Below the pieces are notes generated by a model. That model had not been told where the DNA came from, searched no databases, and saw only the letters and a program-made list of their open reading frames with translations. From an uncultured virus (IMG/VR IMGVR_UViG_3300037088_000888) (lineage: Duplodnaviria > Heunggongvirae > Uroviricota > Caudoviricetes), in IMG/VR virus record IMGVR_UViG_3300037088_000888: 64,000 bases of DNA. One strand, 5' to 3'. Shown here one piece after another: positions 48,995 to 59,978 of this stretch. Every line of letters starts with the position of its first letter. Position 1 is the first letter of the stretch. A program made the position numbers and the translations under genes.

Positions 48995-49606
48995 TTAATT
49001 TCGTCTAATTCTTCTTAACATTTCCTCTCTTTTAGAAGGAGAAAGTTCTCTGATTTGAGTAATTGATAATCCTCTAATATTAATTAAATCATAATCATCC
49101 CACATATTTTTAATATCATTTCTTTTTATTTGATTAAAAATGTCATTTGCAATTACAATTACATTATGAGTTAGCTCATATGACCATCTTGCAACAGGAT
49201 TAAAACCATCAACATAAAACATTCTTTCAACAATTGGTTTATCGTTAATATAAAATCCGATCTTACATTCAACACCACGAATTGTTTTTTCTTCTATCTG
49301 TTGAACAATTGGTTGTGGATTATAACGCATATTCTCTCTATATTCTTTCGAATACATATTAATCATCCTTTGATTATATTGATACAAATCTCCATATGCT
49401 TCGCCACCTTCAATAAGAGTATCATAATTTCTCTTAGAAAGTGCTTTTTGTAATTTAGTAATTGATCTCGGTAAAATATCTCTAATATCTATTGAATATC
49501 TTGTGAAAGGATTAAATTGATCAGCATTAAATACCTTTTCACACAATAAAATATTTTCCTGATACAGTGAAAATCTAAATAAATTACTGCGTTCTTTTTC
49601 ATTCAT
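48995..49606 (-). CDS. Hypothetical phage protein
   Basis: 203-aa ORF with an upstream TAnnTTTG element. Confidence 0.6.
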   Translation of the reverse strand: MNEKERSNLFRFSLYQENILLCEKVFNADQFNPFTRYSIDIRDILPRSITKLQKALSKRNYDTLIEGGEAYGDLYQYNQRMINMYSKEYRENMRYNPQPIVQQIEEKTIRGVECKIGFYINDKPIVERMFYVDGFNPVARWSYELTHNVIVIANDIFNQIKRNDIKNMWDDYDLINIRGLSITQIRELSPSKREEMLRRIRRN

Positions 49607-49683
49607 TTTATTAAATTTTAAATTGTTAATAAACTATACAAATATATTTAAAATCTTTCTAAATAGAAAGGATTTTTTAAAAA

Positions 49684-50727
49684 CTATTTTTTCTTATTGG
49701 TGCTTTTTTGATATAAGTCTCTTTCACACATAATTACAGTATAAAATGGTTCTACATATTGAACAAACGTACTACCATAAACTGTTAAAAATTCATCTTC
49801 TTTCATCATTTTAATGAGATTTTTACTACCTCTATCCTCAAGTGACAATGGTGAATCGATATTATCCAGTTCTGTTCTCACTTCATCATTGATCATTGGT
49901 TCTCTTAGATTAACTAATTGAAAATTAGTTTTCAGTCTGTTGATGTTATGTAAAAGATTATCAAGTGCCTTTAAAGGTTTCTTTTTATTTAAAACTCTTT
50001 CATGATTAATTTCATCTGCTCTTTTACAAATTTCTCTAACTGTCAGGTGTTTAAATTTTATTTCAGGAAAATATTTTAAAAGAGTATCTTCTCCCATTCC
50101 TTCAATGCCATCAATATTATCAGAGATATCACCACATATTATTTTAAGCATTAACGCATTTGAATAATGGTGATTAAAATACATCATATAATTTGCCTTA
50201 TTTACTGGTTGATCGATATTTGGAAATAATATTGTAATATTTAAATCTAGTAATTGTGCAAAATCCCTATCACTTGAATAGATAAATAATTCTTCAAGAT
50301 TATTATATTTTAAACAATAAGCAGCAATAAGATCGTCAGCCTCTGTTTCCAATATTTCAACCTGTCTTATGAAGATTTCTTCAAGATAAGCCTTAATTCT
50401 TGTTCTTTGGAAAAGAATTGAGTCTTTTTTTTCTTTTTCAATTTTTATTTCACGATCAGTTAATTCAATTTTATTGTGCCAAGATTTTGAAATTCTATTG
50501 GCTTTATATTGATTATCAATATTATATCGAGCCTTTCCCCCAAATTCACCGTCCCACATAATAACGACCTTTGTTATCATGTGTTCTTTAATTAACTTAC
50601 GAAGTGTTGTTAAAAATTGGTATAATCCACCAATATGTATTCCCTTACTATTATAAACATCTTTTGCTCCGTGAAATGAACGCTGAAGCAAATATGAGCC
50701 ATCTACAAGTAATGTTCTTATTTTCAT
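49684..50727 (-). CDS. 5'-3' exonuclease / flap endonuclease (PolI N-terminal / T4 RNase H type)
   Basis: LLVDG, YKANR, EADD, SSDRDFAQL and GDISDNIDGI.GMG motifs. Confidence 0.9.
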   Translation of the reverse strand: MKIRTLLVDGSYLLQRSFHGAKDVYNSKGIHIGGLYQFLTTLRKLIKEHMITKVVIMWDGEFGGKARYNIDNQYKANRISKSWHNKIELTDREIKIEKEKKDSILFQRTRIKAYLEEIFIRQVEILETEADDLIAAYCLKYNNLEELFIYSSDRDFAQLLDLNITILFPNIDQPVNKANYMMYFNHHYSNALMLKIICGDISDNIDGIEGMGEDTLLKYFPEIKFKHLTVREICKRADEINHERVLNKKKPLKALDNLLHNINRLKTNFQLVNLREPMINDEVRTELDNIDSPLSLEDRGSKNLIKMMKEDEFLTVYGSTFVQYVEPFYTVIMCERDLYQKSTNKKK

Positions 50728-51668
50728 TTTCTGATTATTTTTCTTGTTGAACCTAATCCGCCTCCTTTAAGTTTATTTAATAATAACCATCCGCCTTTTT
50801 TATATTTTTCAATATAAAAATCTTCTAAATTTTGTGCAACTTTAACAGGCAAATAATCTGTTAATTTTATTAAGGTTGGAGTTAAATTAGTCTCAGACAT
50901 ATGTTTAGCCACAGAAGTGAGTTTAATTTCATTTAAACTTAAATGTTTTGCATTTCTTTTTTTCATATTAAATGTTAAACCAACATATGCGTAATTATCT
51001 AAAAATTCATATACATATATTAATCTATTATACTTATCACCTAAAATTATCATATGATTGCAATGTCTTTTGTTCCAACCATTTTTTTGGGCAATATTAT
51101 ATGCTTTTTGTGAATGTATTATATAATCTGTTTTATATTGATATTTTAATGCTTCTGCTTTACACATTTCTTCAGTCCAATAACTAATAGGTTTTTTTAA
51201 TAAAGACATATGTTTCGAAATTTCATCAATCCATTTATTATTACATGAAATTGTATATGCCTGACGACAATTTTCTTTAAACTCCTTTTTAGTTTTATAT
51301 TTTAACGCTTCTGCCTGACATTTTTCTTTCGTCCAATAATCACTTAAAAGTGCTTCTCTATGCATATGTACACATATGTCATTTAACCATCCATTGGTAT
51401 GCGCCACTGAATAAGCCGATTTTGAATTTTTTTGAAATTCTCTTCTGGCATTATATTTTAATGCTTCTTCATGACACTTTTTTTTTGTCCAATAACCATT
51501 AGGTAATTGTTTATATATCATGTGTTGACATATCTCATCATGCCAACCCTTTCTTACTGATATTGAATAACACGCACTTGATTTATTTTTAAAATCAGTT
51601 CTACTATCATATTTTAACGCTTCTTCAATACAGCGTTCTTTTGTCCAATATTTATTTGCTTTTCTCAT
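50724..51668 (-). mobile_element. GIY-YIG-like homing endonuclease with four N-terminal repeats
   Basis: 4x WT...C..EALKY; LIYVYEF...YVGLT...R...H. Confidence 0.7.
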
Positions 51669-51715
51669 ATTTAAAAATTGGCGGGTGACTTATTGTCACT
51701 TACCAAAGATTTTCA

Positions 51716-52846
51716 TTATTCAATTTCTGGTAATTCTGGACTTCTTTCAATTATTTCATCTTCAAATGAATCTGTTTCTCCATCACCTGAAACTTTTTTG
51801 AATTTATTAGTAATATCTTCTGCATTAGTGTCTTCGCCAAATATATTACGAAAATATAATATATTTTTTTTCTTATATTCATCAAGGTCATCAGGAAATA
51901 CGAATCCGTGCGGGGTTGATATAATCTTACCTTCCATTGATATACCACCAAGTGGACCATTAATGTGATTCTTCGCAACATTTACTTTTGTTTCAATACC
52001 ATAAGCAACATCACGTTTTTTGCTGGTTGCAATAACTCTTTGAGTACCATGAGTTAAAATGCCACCAAAATGATATATTAATCTTGCACCAAAGAAAAAC
52101 GTTTCGCCATGTTTGTGTTTAATCACTTTATTCATCGAATCATACCATATTTTCTGAACAGCTATAAGTGTATTTGTATATGGTTTATTAACTTTTCTAC
52201 TGTTTGGAATAATATTATTTAATAAATTCATAAATGACTTTTCGCTGGACCCTGCGTTCCACATATTATTGTCCGTACCATTTTTCTCTTCTGCATTAAT
52301 AGTTTTAATACAATTTAATGTACCAATAGAATCAATTGCAAATAATAAATCAAATGGAAGATCGCCAGCATCTTGCTGATCAAGGAAAAAATAAATACAT
52401 TTTGCCATATCTTCAATTGCTGCTTCATTTCTTTTTGGGTCTTGTTTTCTGCCAAAATTTTCAAGAAGATATTCATTGTCAACAATAATATAATTACCAC
52501 TCCAATCAAATCCCATAGTTTCTAATCTACTAATACCTAAATTGTTTTCAGTATCAATAATAATTGGAAAAATGCCCATTTTTTGTGCACTTACAATTGC
52601 TTCACACAATGCTGTTGATTTACCAGTATTTGTATAACCACGTGGTACTGAAACATATCCTTTAGGAAATCCGGGTAATCCTGTAGCTTTTTCCATTGAA
52701 GGATTCAGTTTTATCCATTCTAACGGTTTGTCTGGAATATCTTCTGCACCAATTTTTTTCTTATAATTATCTAACGAGAAATTCTTTTTAGGTATTGGTT
52801 TGCGTACCTTGTCATTTGAAGGTACTTCTTCTGCTACTTTTGTCAT
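51716..52846 (-). CDS. uvsX: RecA/UvsX-like recombinase
   Basis: Walker A GYTNTGKST, IIDTE, IDSIG and KNH motifs. Confidence 0.8.
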   Translation of the reverse strand: MTKVAEEVPSNDKVRKPIPKKNFSLDNYKKKIGAEDIPDKPLEWIKLNPSMEKATGLPGFPKGYVSVPRGYTNTGKSTALCEAIVSAQKMGIFPIIIDTENNLGISRLETMGFDWSGNYIIVDNEYLLENFGRKQDPKRNEAAIEDMAKCIYFFLDQQDAGDLPFDLLFAIDSIGTLNCIKTINAEEKNGTDNNMWNAGSSEKSFMNLLNNIIPNSRKVNKPYTNTLIAVQKIWYDSMNKVIKHKHGETFFFGARLIYHFGGILTHGTQRVIATSKKRDVAYGIETKVNVAKNHINGPLGGISMEGKIISTPHGFVFPDDLDEYKKKNILYFRNIFGEDTNAEDITNKFKKVSGDGETDSFEDEIIERSPELPEIE

Positions 52847-52871
52847 AATATTTTATTTTTTTAAATAAGAT

Positions 52872-52905
52872 AATAAAGGGGAAATTTTCATTTTTCCCCT
52901 TTATT
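52872..52905 (-). terminator. Intrinsic terminator hairpin
   Basis: AATAAAGGGGAAA...TTTCCCCTTTATT inverted repeat between the SSB and recombinase genes. Confidence 0.65.
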
Positions 52906-52945
52906 ATAAAAAATTATTTTTGAAACTAACTGACTATCAATTACA

Positions 52946-54157
52946 TCAGAATGGCAAATCGTCATACTCATTACCTGATTTCCCCTGATCTTCTTCATCA
53001 ATTACCTGTAAATCCGCATTTTCATTTGAAAGTGTGATTGATGTTTCTACATTAGAAATGGGTGTATTAACAGGAGTTATACTGATAGGAACATATGAAT
53101 ATTCTTCATCAACCACATCAGAAGCATATTCGATTTTTTCATCATTATCAGCATCAAGATTTTGTGTACGAGTATTTGCACGTTCTTCTAATTCTGGATT
53201 GTTTGGAAATACCCAATGCTTCTTGTTTGAATCACTATCATCCCAATAAGGGTCAATTCCAACACTTACCATTTGGAGATATTCAAATGGCGTAATATTT
53301 GGTGCTTTTCTTGGTTGAAATACTTCTCTCCAAGTAATATCTTCAGTAACCCATTTTTCTATAACCAATGGGTCAGTATGAAGTGGAGATTTCCCACGAG
53401 AACTAATTCTTAAAACTGTTCTGTATTCTTGAGCACCTACTTTAGTATAACCCATAGTAATATATAATGTAGCTCCATTATTTACATCAGTAAAACTAAC
53501 CTGATGTAGTGAATTAAATTCATTTAAAGCCGGAAGAAGTTTTTCAAGAGTACCATCACCTTTAAAACTGTGTTTAAATCTCCAGAATTTAATATCATCT
53601 TTAGTATTACCCATATCAATTCCACGAACAATATAGAATTTTTTTGCTGCCCAATTATTTGCTTCTATAAAAATTGCTTTATTTTTTTCGTTAATTTTTT
53701 TCTGTTCATCAGTCATATTTTCTTTTTTGATGAATTTTATTGAAGGATCTTGTGTTTCAAGTAATTTTGCTGATTTTTCACATAACGGACATGGAGCTGG
53801 AATCATTACTGGAAGATTTTTTTCATCCAATACAACCTGACCATTTTTATCTGTCTTTTTTACCCTTGGGTCATTGTGAGTGGGACAATAAATTTTTGAA
53901 AATTTTTTCTTTCCACCAGCAATATTAGTTTGAATAACATGAAAAAACGCAACTTCAATAGTTTTCCTGCCTGATTTTGGGGGTAAAATTCTAAAGGATT
54001 CACTATCCTTACGTGGAGTAAAATACTTTGCTAAGATTTCTTCACTTGTTCTACGTTTAGCTTTTGTGTTTTTGGTTTTTATATCAACCAATTCTTTGTT
54101 AGATTTTGACAACTCACTACCTTGAGTGTTTGCCACATTTTCATTTTGATTTTCCAT
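52946..54157 (-). CDS. gp32-like single-stranded DNA-binding protein
   Basis: FRILPP, H/C..CPLC zinc site, KFWRF, acidic DDLPF tail; adjacent to the recombinase. Confidence 0.75.
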   Translation of the reverse strand: MENQNENVANTQGSELSKSNKELVDIKTKNTKAKRRTSEEILAKYFTPRKDSESFRILPPKSGRKTIEVAFFHVIQTNIAGGKKKFSKIYCPTHNDPRVKKTDKNGQVVLDEKNLPVMIPAPCPLCEKSAKLLETQDPSIKFIKKENMTDEQKKINEKNKAIFIEANNWAAKKFYIVRGIDMGNTKDDIKFWRFKHSFKGDGTLEKLLPALNEFNSLHQVSFTDVNNGATLYITMGYTKVGAQEYRTVLRISSRGKSPLHTDPLVIEKWVTEDITWREVFQPRKAPNITPFEYLQMVSVGIDPYWDDSDSNKKHWVFPNNPELEERANTRTQNLDADNDEKIEYASDVVDEEYSYVPISITPVNTPISNVETSITLSNENADLQVIDEEDQGKSGNEYDDLPF

Positions 54158-54265
54158 TTTTAATAAATTTACATTTAAAGTTATTTTTCAATTATAAAAT
54201 TGTTTACAAATATAATTCACATTTATTATAAATACAAGGATTTTTAAAAATAAACTGAAATTTTC

Positions 54266-55828
54266 TTAACAAACAGTACTTAATTTTCCATCAGAAACAA
54301 CAGTAAATGAAAGTGTTTGTTTATTTTCATAGTAGTCACCATTTTTCATTCTAAGTTGCAAGAAATAGTCTTGGGGTATCAACCATGATGTGTCAAGATT
54401 GAACTCATATCCTGTATTTGTTCTGTTCACTGAAGTAAATGGTATTAAATCAAGTTCATATTTTTTTCCTACTGTTGTAAATAACCTGTATTCAATATCC
54501 AAAGGTAAGAAATTATTTTGATTTGCATAGAGTTCTTTGATAGTTAATTTAATTTTTTTTGTTACACCTGCTCTAATGTTCTCTTTTTCACCAATTCCCC
54601 AGAAATAAAAGAAGTAATTTTCAAAATTAATTTGGTTTGATTGATCAAAGGTATAGAATTTATGCTGAGATATTAAATAAAATTCACCTTCATGTATAAA
54701 ATTTTTACCATTAACAGTCACTGACCATTTATCTTTGAATAAAACAGCGTCTGGATATGTTTGAGAATCAACATTCAATGTAATTTTATAAATACCTTTA
54801 CTTACATTAACTATTGAACTACCTGTAAATCCTGAAACTAAATTATCATCCTGATCAAAAATTTCAACTTTATTTACAGTTGCTGTATATGAAACATTGC
54901 CATTACCGACATTTAAATATAAAAATAAATCGTTATTTTTGTCCAAATAAAAATAATTTCTATCATCAACTATTGTATCATCAATTGTTGTTTCAATATA
55001 TGGTTCATAATAAGTATTAGTATGTTTTGCAAAAAATGCAACAGCTTGTCTAAGTTCAGGTTCAAGTGCTTCAAAATTATCCGCAAATTTAATACCAATA
55101 CCAAAAGAACTGCCTGTAAATCCTGTTGTACCAGTATAACCAGTACCGAATAGTCTTTGATTTATATAATCAGTAACATCAATATCAATATCTTCATCAC
55201 CCTTTTCAAAATGTTTACTACCTATTATTTGAGTTACACCACTAATATACGCACCAGCTTCTGTCCAATTAGTATTTCCACTTGCTTGAAGCCAGTTAGA
55301 TATTCCTACATTTGATGCGAAATCTAATGATTCTGAAGTATTATATATTATTGTAACACCAGTTATTGTACTGCCAGTAGTACCAGTAGTGCCAGATAAA
55401 ATAACTCCATTTCTTACATAATATGAATTTGGTGGTTGATTGGGCAAGCTAAATTGAAATAAATTTTTACCATAATCAAATTCATATCCGCTACCTTCAT
55501 CCCAATTCTGATTGACATTAAATAATTGAAGGTCAAAACTACTTGCTCTATTAATATTTGGTAGATATGATTTTTTACCAAGACGGTCTGGTGAATATCT
55601 AATCGTATTGGTCATATGCAATGTGTGCGCACTAATTCTGGCTGGATTAATCGTGCCATCAGTAATTTTAGCACGTAAACCACTTAAATCAATATCAAAA
55701 ATAAATCTACTCAATTCCTTTTCTGATGTACCGTATGATACTTCAGTTACAGGATTCTGTGAATTGTTGGTAAGATTGCTACTTATCAGCGTATTATTTT
55801 TTAATATATATGAACGGTAGGTACTCAT
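54266..55828 (-). CDS. Probable virion structural protein
   Basis: SRFIFD, WDEGSGY, DVTD beta-rich pattern; upstream ATAAATAC motif; no catalytic motifs seen. Confidence 0.5.
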   Translation of the reverse strand: MSTYRSYILKNNTLISSNLTNNSQNPVTEVSYGTSEKELSRFIFDIDLSGLRAKITDGTINPARISAHTLHMTNTIRYSPDRLGKKSYLPNINRASSFDLQLFNVNQNWDEGSGYEFDYGKNLFQFSLPNQPPNSYYVRNGVILSGTTGTTGSTITGVTIIYNTSESLDFASNVGISNWLQASGNTNWTEAGAYISGVTQIIGSKHFEKGDEDIDIDVTDYINQRLFGTGYTGTTGFTGSSFGIGIKFADNFEALEPELRQAVAFFAKHTNTYYEPYIETTIDDTIVDDRNYFYLDKNNDLFLYLNVGNGNVSYTATVNKVEIFDQDDNLVSGFTGSSIVNVSKGIYKITLNVDSQTYPDAVLFKDKWSVTVNGKNFIHEGEFYLISQHKFYTFDQSNQINFENYFFYFWGIGEKENIRAGVTKKIKLTIKELYANQNNFLPLDIEYRLFTTVGKKYELDLIPFTSVNRTNTGYEFNLDTSWLIPQDYFLQLRMKNGDYYENKQTLSFTVVSDGKLSTVC

Positions 55829-55860
55829 TTTAATTTATTTTATAATAAATACTCTAAAAC

Positions 55861-55888
55861 AAAAAAGACTACATTTGGTAGTCTTTTT
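55861..55888 (-). terminator. Intrinsic terminator hairpin
   Basis: AAAAAGACTAC-N6-GTAGTCTTTTT. Confidence 0.65.
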
Positions 55889-55909
55889 ATTATTGAAAAG
55901 TTGTAATTA

Positions 55910-56719
55910 TTATAGTATCTTCTTCAGATTATTATTCATTAAAATCTGCACAGCTTCTTTTTTTGTCATACCAGTTGGAACTTTACTATTGCTTAAGGTT
56001 CTTTTTGCTGTTTTAATTTGTTCTTCAGTAATTATTTTTTTTGCGGTTTCACCTTCATTTAATTTTTTATAAAATTTTAAATCACTTGTTGCAACTTCTA
56101 TTTCTCCACTTTGAGTTTTTAATGTTACACCACCTTTTACTTTATTATGAACAACAAATTCATTACCATCATCATCAGCATATCTGTCACCAATATTGCC
56201 AGTGTATTCTTCAAAACCTGCTTCTGCTTCTCCAAGTTCATCTTCTTTTTTTTCTGGCTCTACTTCAGGAGTTTTTTCTGTTTCTTCATCACCTTCTATT
56301 TCATCACCAACGTTATGAGGTTTAAAACCAAGCAACATGTTTGTCATTTCTTTATCATTTTCTTCACCTTCTGGTTTATCTACATCTGCAGCAGCATTTG
56401 CCTGTACCGAATCATTAGGAGTATCTTCGCTTGTAGTAATATTCAAAAATTGTTTACTTAATTCTAACGCCTTATTTTCGTCAACTAAACCACTTTTAAT
56501 TAAAATTGAATAATACTCATTATTTTCAGTCAGATGATCAATCGCAATAGATGCTGATTGATTTAAATCGGTTGTATGTTCCATTTCAACAGCAATACCA
56601 ACTAAAAGCTGTTCCTTATTAACATCGTTAATTGATGTATTTTTTCCAATACCGTCATTTGTATATTGAAAGCTACTTATAAATTCATTAAATTTCATAT
56701 AAAATTCCTTTCTTTTCAT
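55910..56719 (-). CDS. DUF5661-like protein with acidic linker
   Basis: QLLVGIAVEMEHT...IAIDHLTE...YYS.L. Confidence 0.6.
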   Translation of the reverse strand: MKRKEFYMKFNEFISSFQYTNDGIGKNTSINDVNKEQLLVGIAVEMEHTTDLNQSASIAIDHLTENNEYYSILIKSGLVDENKALELSKQFLNITTSEDTPNDSVQANAAADVDKPEGEENDKEMTNMLLGFKPHNVGDEIEGDEETEKTPEVEPEKKEDELGEAEAGFEEYTGNIGDRYADDDGNEFVVHNKVKGGVTLKTQSGEIEVATSDLKFYKKLNEGETAKKIITEEQIKTAKRTLSNSKVPTGMTKKEAVQILMNNNLKKIL

Positions 56720-57554
56720 TATATCTAAAAAATTTACATCTTAGATGATTAATTATTTCGTTTTGTCTAATAATATCTTTATTTTTTAATTCACCGTTTC
56801 TATTATAATGAAGCGGTTCGTCATATTCAACAACAATATTTTTATTAATATCATATCCATCAACAAAATATCCCAATTCTGAAACATAAAATTCACCACC
56901 ATTTAATGCATGTTGTAAATTCCACTCATTAATTTTAGATAAATCATCTAAATATTTACAAGCATTAATATTATGCATTGGACAAATCCCACCATTTTTA
57001 TTTTTAATAAATTCAATTTTTGAGATTCTCATTTTTCTTTTAATTTCTGAAGATGTTTTTCTCCCAATCATTTTAATTCTCATTTTTTCAATTGCTTCTG
57101 GTGTATGTGCATTTTTTCTAAGATTTACGGCATTATTTCTCAACGTTTCTTTATATTCATCAGAATGGGTTTTACCATACATTCCGTTATTTTCTCCAGA
57201 ATTTGCTAACGATATTTTATTTCTCGTTTCTTCTGATGTTACACGTCCAATATTGCTCTCGCTTATTTTATTTCTCGTTTCTTCAGACACTTCTTTTCCT
57301 ATCATCCATTTTCCAAATTCTTTTTCTTTGGCTATTTTTGAAATCTTTTGCTTAGTTTCTTCTGTATGCTTTCTACCTAAATTAATTTCCTTTAATTTTT
57401 CTTTAGTTTCATAGCTACATTTTTTACCAATATTTCCCTTAGATATTTTAATATTATGCTCAATACTATTTTTTTTACCCTTCCGACCATGTCCCTTTAG
57501 GTAGTTTTGTTCACATAGATTACCACAACCGCATTTACATAAATTTGTTTTCAT
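56688..57554 (-). mobile_element. Homing endonuclease-like gene (NUMOD3 repeats + PD-(D/E)xK-type nuclease)
   Basis: CKCGCG; (H/V/T)(S/T)EET(R/K).KIS repeats; QHALNGGE...FVDGYD...VEYDE. Confidence 0.75.
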
Positions 57555-59047
57555 TTCAAGAAAAAATTCATATTAAAATTATTAATAACATCATCATTTT
57601 CTAGCTCATTATCAGTTCCTCTTGTCTTTTTATCCCAATCACTACCAATTCCCATTCCCATTTTATCAAAATCTGGTTCAGGAGTCATACCATCACCTGC
57701 TTCAACATCATTTTCAGTACCCATTTCTGTTTCTGGGTTAACATCGTTGGTAGTATCTGGATTAACATCATCTTCACCACCTTGTAATCCCTGACGCTCT
57801 TTATTCATAAATTCAGTGTCTGTAACATTATCATCGCCAGTTAATGGTTCTTCAGCTTTTTCATCCATGCCAGCATTAAATTTTGTATCATATGGTATTG
57901 TACGATTAAATTCTTTGTGCATATCGGACTGTGCTGTTTTTTTTGCTCTTTTATCTATTGGAATATTTGAATCAGATGTTTCTTCATAATTATTTTCTTC
58001 ATCCTGTTCACTTAATTTAACAGTAGTTTGCGGTTTTCTCTTTTTCTTTGGATAATGTTCTTTTGGTTTGAATTTCTTACCCATTGGGTCTGGATAATCA
58101 CCAGCTATTTTTGCTTCTTCTTCATATAAACTTTCCTCAACACCAATTTTCAATGCTTTTTTCAGCAATTCTCTTACTTTTGCAGCATTATTAAATTTAC
58201 CTCCATTAATTGTAAATGTACGTGGTTGTCCTTGGTATTCTGCAGTAATTTTATATTTCTGGTTATCAATGTCTTCAATGTTTTGAATTGTAATACCAAT
58301 ATCTTTAAGTGTATTAGCAAGTACATGTTGATATGACACAGCTAATTTTGTTTTAAAACTACTACCTGCATCACGTGCTGCCTGTGAAAAATGTAACAGA
58401 CTGTTTGCATCTTCACTAACAAATTTATCTAATTCAGGAGATTTTACTCTTATTGCAGGATTAACTGGTTTTTCATCAGCATATGCTTTACCTGTTTGCA
58501 ATTTATCAAAACTGTCTTTACCAAATGGACTCGAATCAATTTTCCTAATTGCATCTTCATATAACTCATCTATTGCTGGTTCTTCTTCTTCAACATCAAT
58601 ATATTCTTTAACAGCATCAAATAAATCATTGGCATGTTGTGCATTAAATTGTTTTAATGCATTTTCATCCATTTCAACACTATCTTCACCAGTTTGGTCA
58701 TCAAATGAAAAATTTGTCATTATGGTTTTATCAATATTATAAACACCTTCCTGATCGTCAGCACTTGATAATGTTTTAAATGTAAATGTTATGTTATTGC
58801 CTTGTTTGTCTTTACAAACCAGTTCAATAAAACTTTGTTCGCCCTCTCCTTGTGAATTACTATGCACAATATTAAGAGTACCATTTTTTAGTCCTTCAAA
58901 TGCCATTTCAAGAACAGCTTGTGGATTATAACTCTGTCCGAAACCTTCATTTAATTTAACTTTATTGACTCCCTGAAATATTTCAGCAAATCTTTCTTTA
59001 CTACCTGTTGGTTTAAATACTTTCATTTTTTTTATATTATTATTCAA
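57551..59047 (-). CDS. Hypothetical acidic protein, possible internal virion protein
   Basis: 498-aa ORF; start probably at MKVF; N-terminal leader shared with neighbours. Confidence 0.55.
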   Translation of the reverse strand: MNNNIKKMKVFKPTGSKERFAEIFQGVNKVKLNEGFGQSYNPQAVLEMAFEGLKNGTLNIVHSNSQGEGEQSFIELVCKDKQGNNITFTFKTLSSADDQEGVYNIDKTIMTNFSFDDQTGEDSVEMDENALKQFNAQHANDLFDAVKEYIDVEEEEPAIDELYEDAIRKIDSSPFGKDSFDKLQTGKAYADEKPVNPAIRVKSPELDKFVSEDANSLLHFSQAARDAGSSFKTKLAVSYQHVLANTLKDIGITIQNIEDIDNQKYKITAEYQGQPRTFTINGGKFNNAAKVRELLKKALKIGVEESLYEEEAKIAGDYPDPMGKKFKPKEHYPKKKRKPQTTVKLSEQDEENNYEETSDSNIPIDKRAKKTAQSDMHKEFNRTIPYDTKFNAGMDEKAEEPLTGDDNVTDTEFMNKERQGLQGGEDDVNPDTTNDVNPETEMGTENDVEAGDGMTPEPDFDKMGMGIGSDWDKKTRGTDNELENDDVINNFNMNFFLK

Positions 59048-59489
59048 AAATTATTGGATGTTTTTGACCAAACTCTCTCATTATAACACCAGCAAACGCA
59101 TTTGCCTCATTCTCTATTTCGCTGCCCGTATCGTTTGAATTAGGTTTTAAAATTCCTTTTATTCTTTGTTCATTATGTTTTAATTCATGTACCACTGTTC
59201 TGCAAACATCAGCAAAATTTCTATTTGCCCCAACTGCTCTTAATTCATTAGTTTCTGGTGTATATTTACCAAATGAATGCATACCTGCAGCTTCATTCTC
59301 ATCATATGATATAACTATATTTGGCATCTGATCTTCGGATAAACCAAGTTTTTCCATTACAAAAGCAATAAGTTCTTTAATAACCTCATTTTTTTTCTCT
59401 GTTGGAAGAATTTCTTCATTGAGTTTATTAACCCTTTTCATCATTTCAAAAAGACGTTCTGGAGTGCCGTATGAATTAAAAACTTTCAT
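59040..59489 (-). CDS. Zincin-like metallopeptidase domain protein
   Basis: RTVVHELKH (HExxH) followed by ENEANA. Confidence 0.65.
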   Translation of the reverse strand: MKVFNSYGTPERLFEMMKRVNKLNEEILPTEKKNEVIKELIAFVMEKLGLSEDQMPNIVISYDENEAAGMHSFGKYTPETNELRAVGANRNFADVCRTVVHELKHNEQRIKGILKPNSNDTGSEIENEANAFAGVIMREFGQKHPIIFE

Positions 59490-59491
59490 TA

Positions 59492-59977
59492 TTAACTTTC
59501 TGGTTCTCTACCTCTTAAATATGGTGCTTCGGAATCATTATTTCTTTGTTGAACTGGTGCTTCTTCACTCCAGATTTCAGCAGCTTTTCTTTTAAATGTA
59601 TTAAAATCAAAATATTTTTTATTTTCAATTATTGGGAATTGACTATTAAGACCTGTAAACATACCATTTATATTAATTAATCCAAAATCTTGAAGATGTT
59701 GTAATTCTTCTGGACTTAACATACCATCGGAATCAGTTAAATCATTAATAGTAGCAGCCAAATGTTTTTCAGTACTCTTATTACCTGCCTTAATAATATT
59801 TGTATTTAATATCAATTGTTCATGCAATACTACCCAATCAATAGCATTAAAATTACCAATACCTTTTGGAGCTTGTGGTGCTTTACCATAATATTCATCA
59901 TCATACCATTCTTTGAGGTTGATTTTGTTCACTTTTTCAAAAACTTCAAATAGTTTTCTTTTATCATTTTTAATCAT
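59492..59977 (-). CDS. Hypothetical protein
   Basis: 161-aa ORF with the shared N-terminal leader. Confidence 0.55.
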   Translation of the reverse strand: MIKNDKRKLFEVFEKVNKINLKEWYDDEYYGKAPQAPKGIGNFNAIDWVVLHEQLILNTNIIKAGNKSTEKHLAATINDLTDSDGMLSPEELQHLQDFGLININGMFTGLNSQFPIIENKKYFDFNTFKRKAAEIWSEEAPVQQRNNDSEAPYLRGREPES

Positions 59978-59978
59978 A

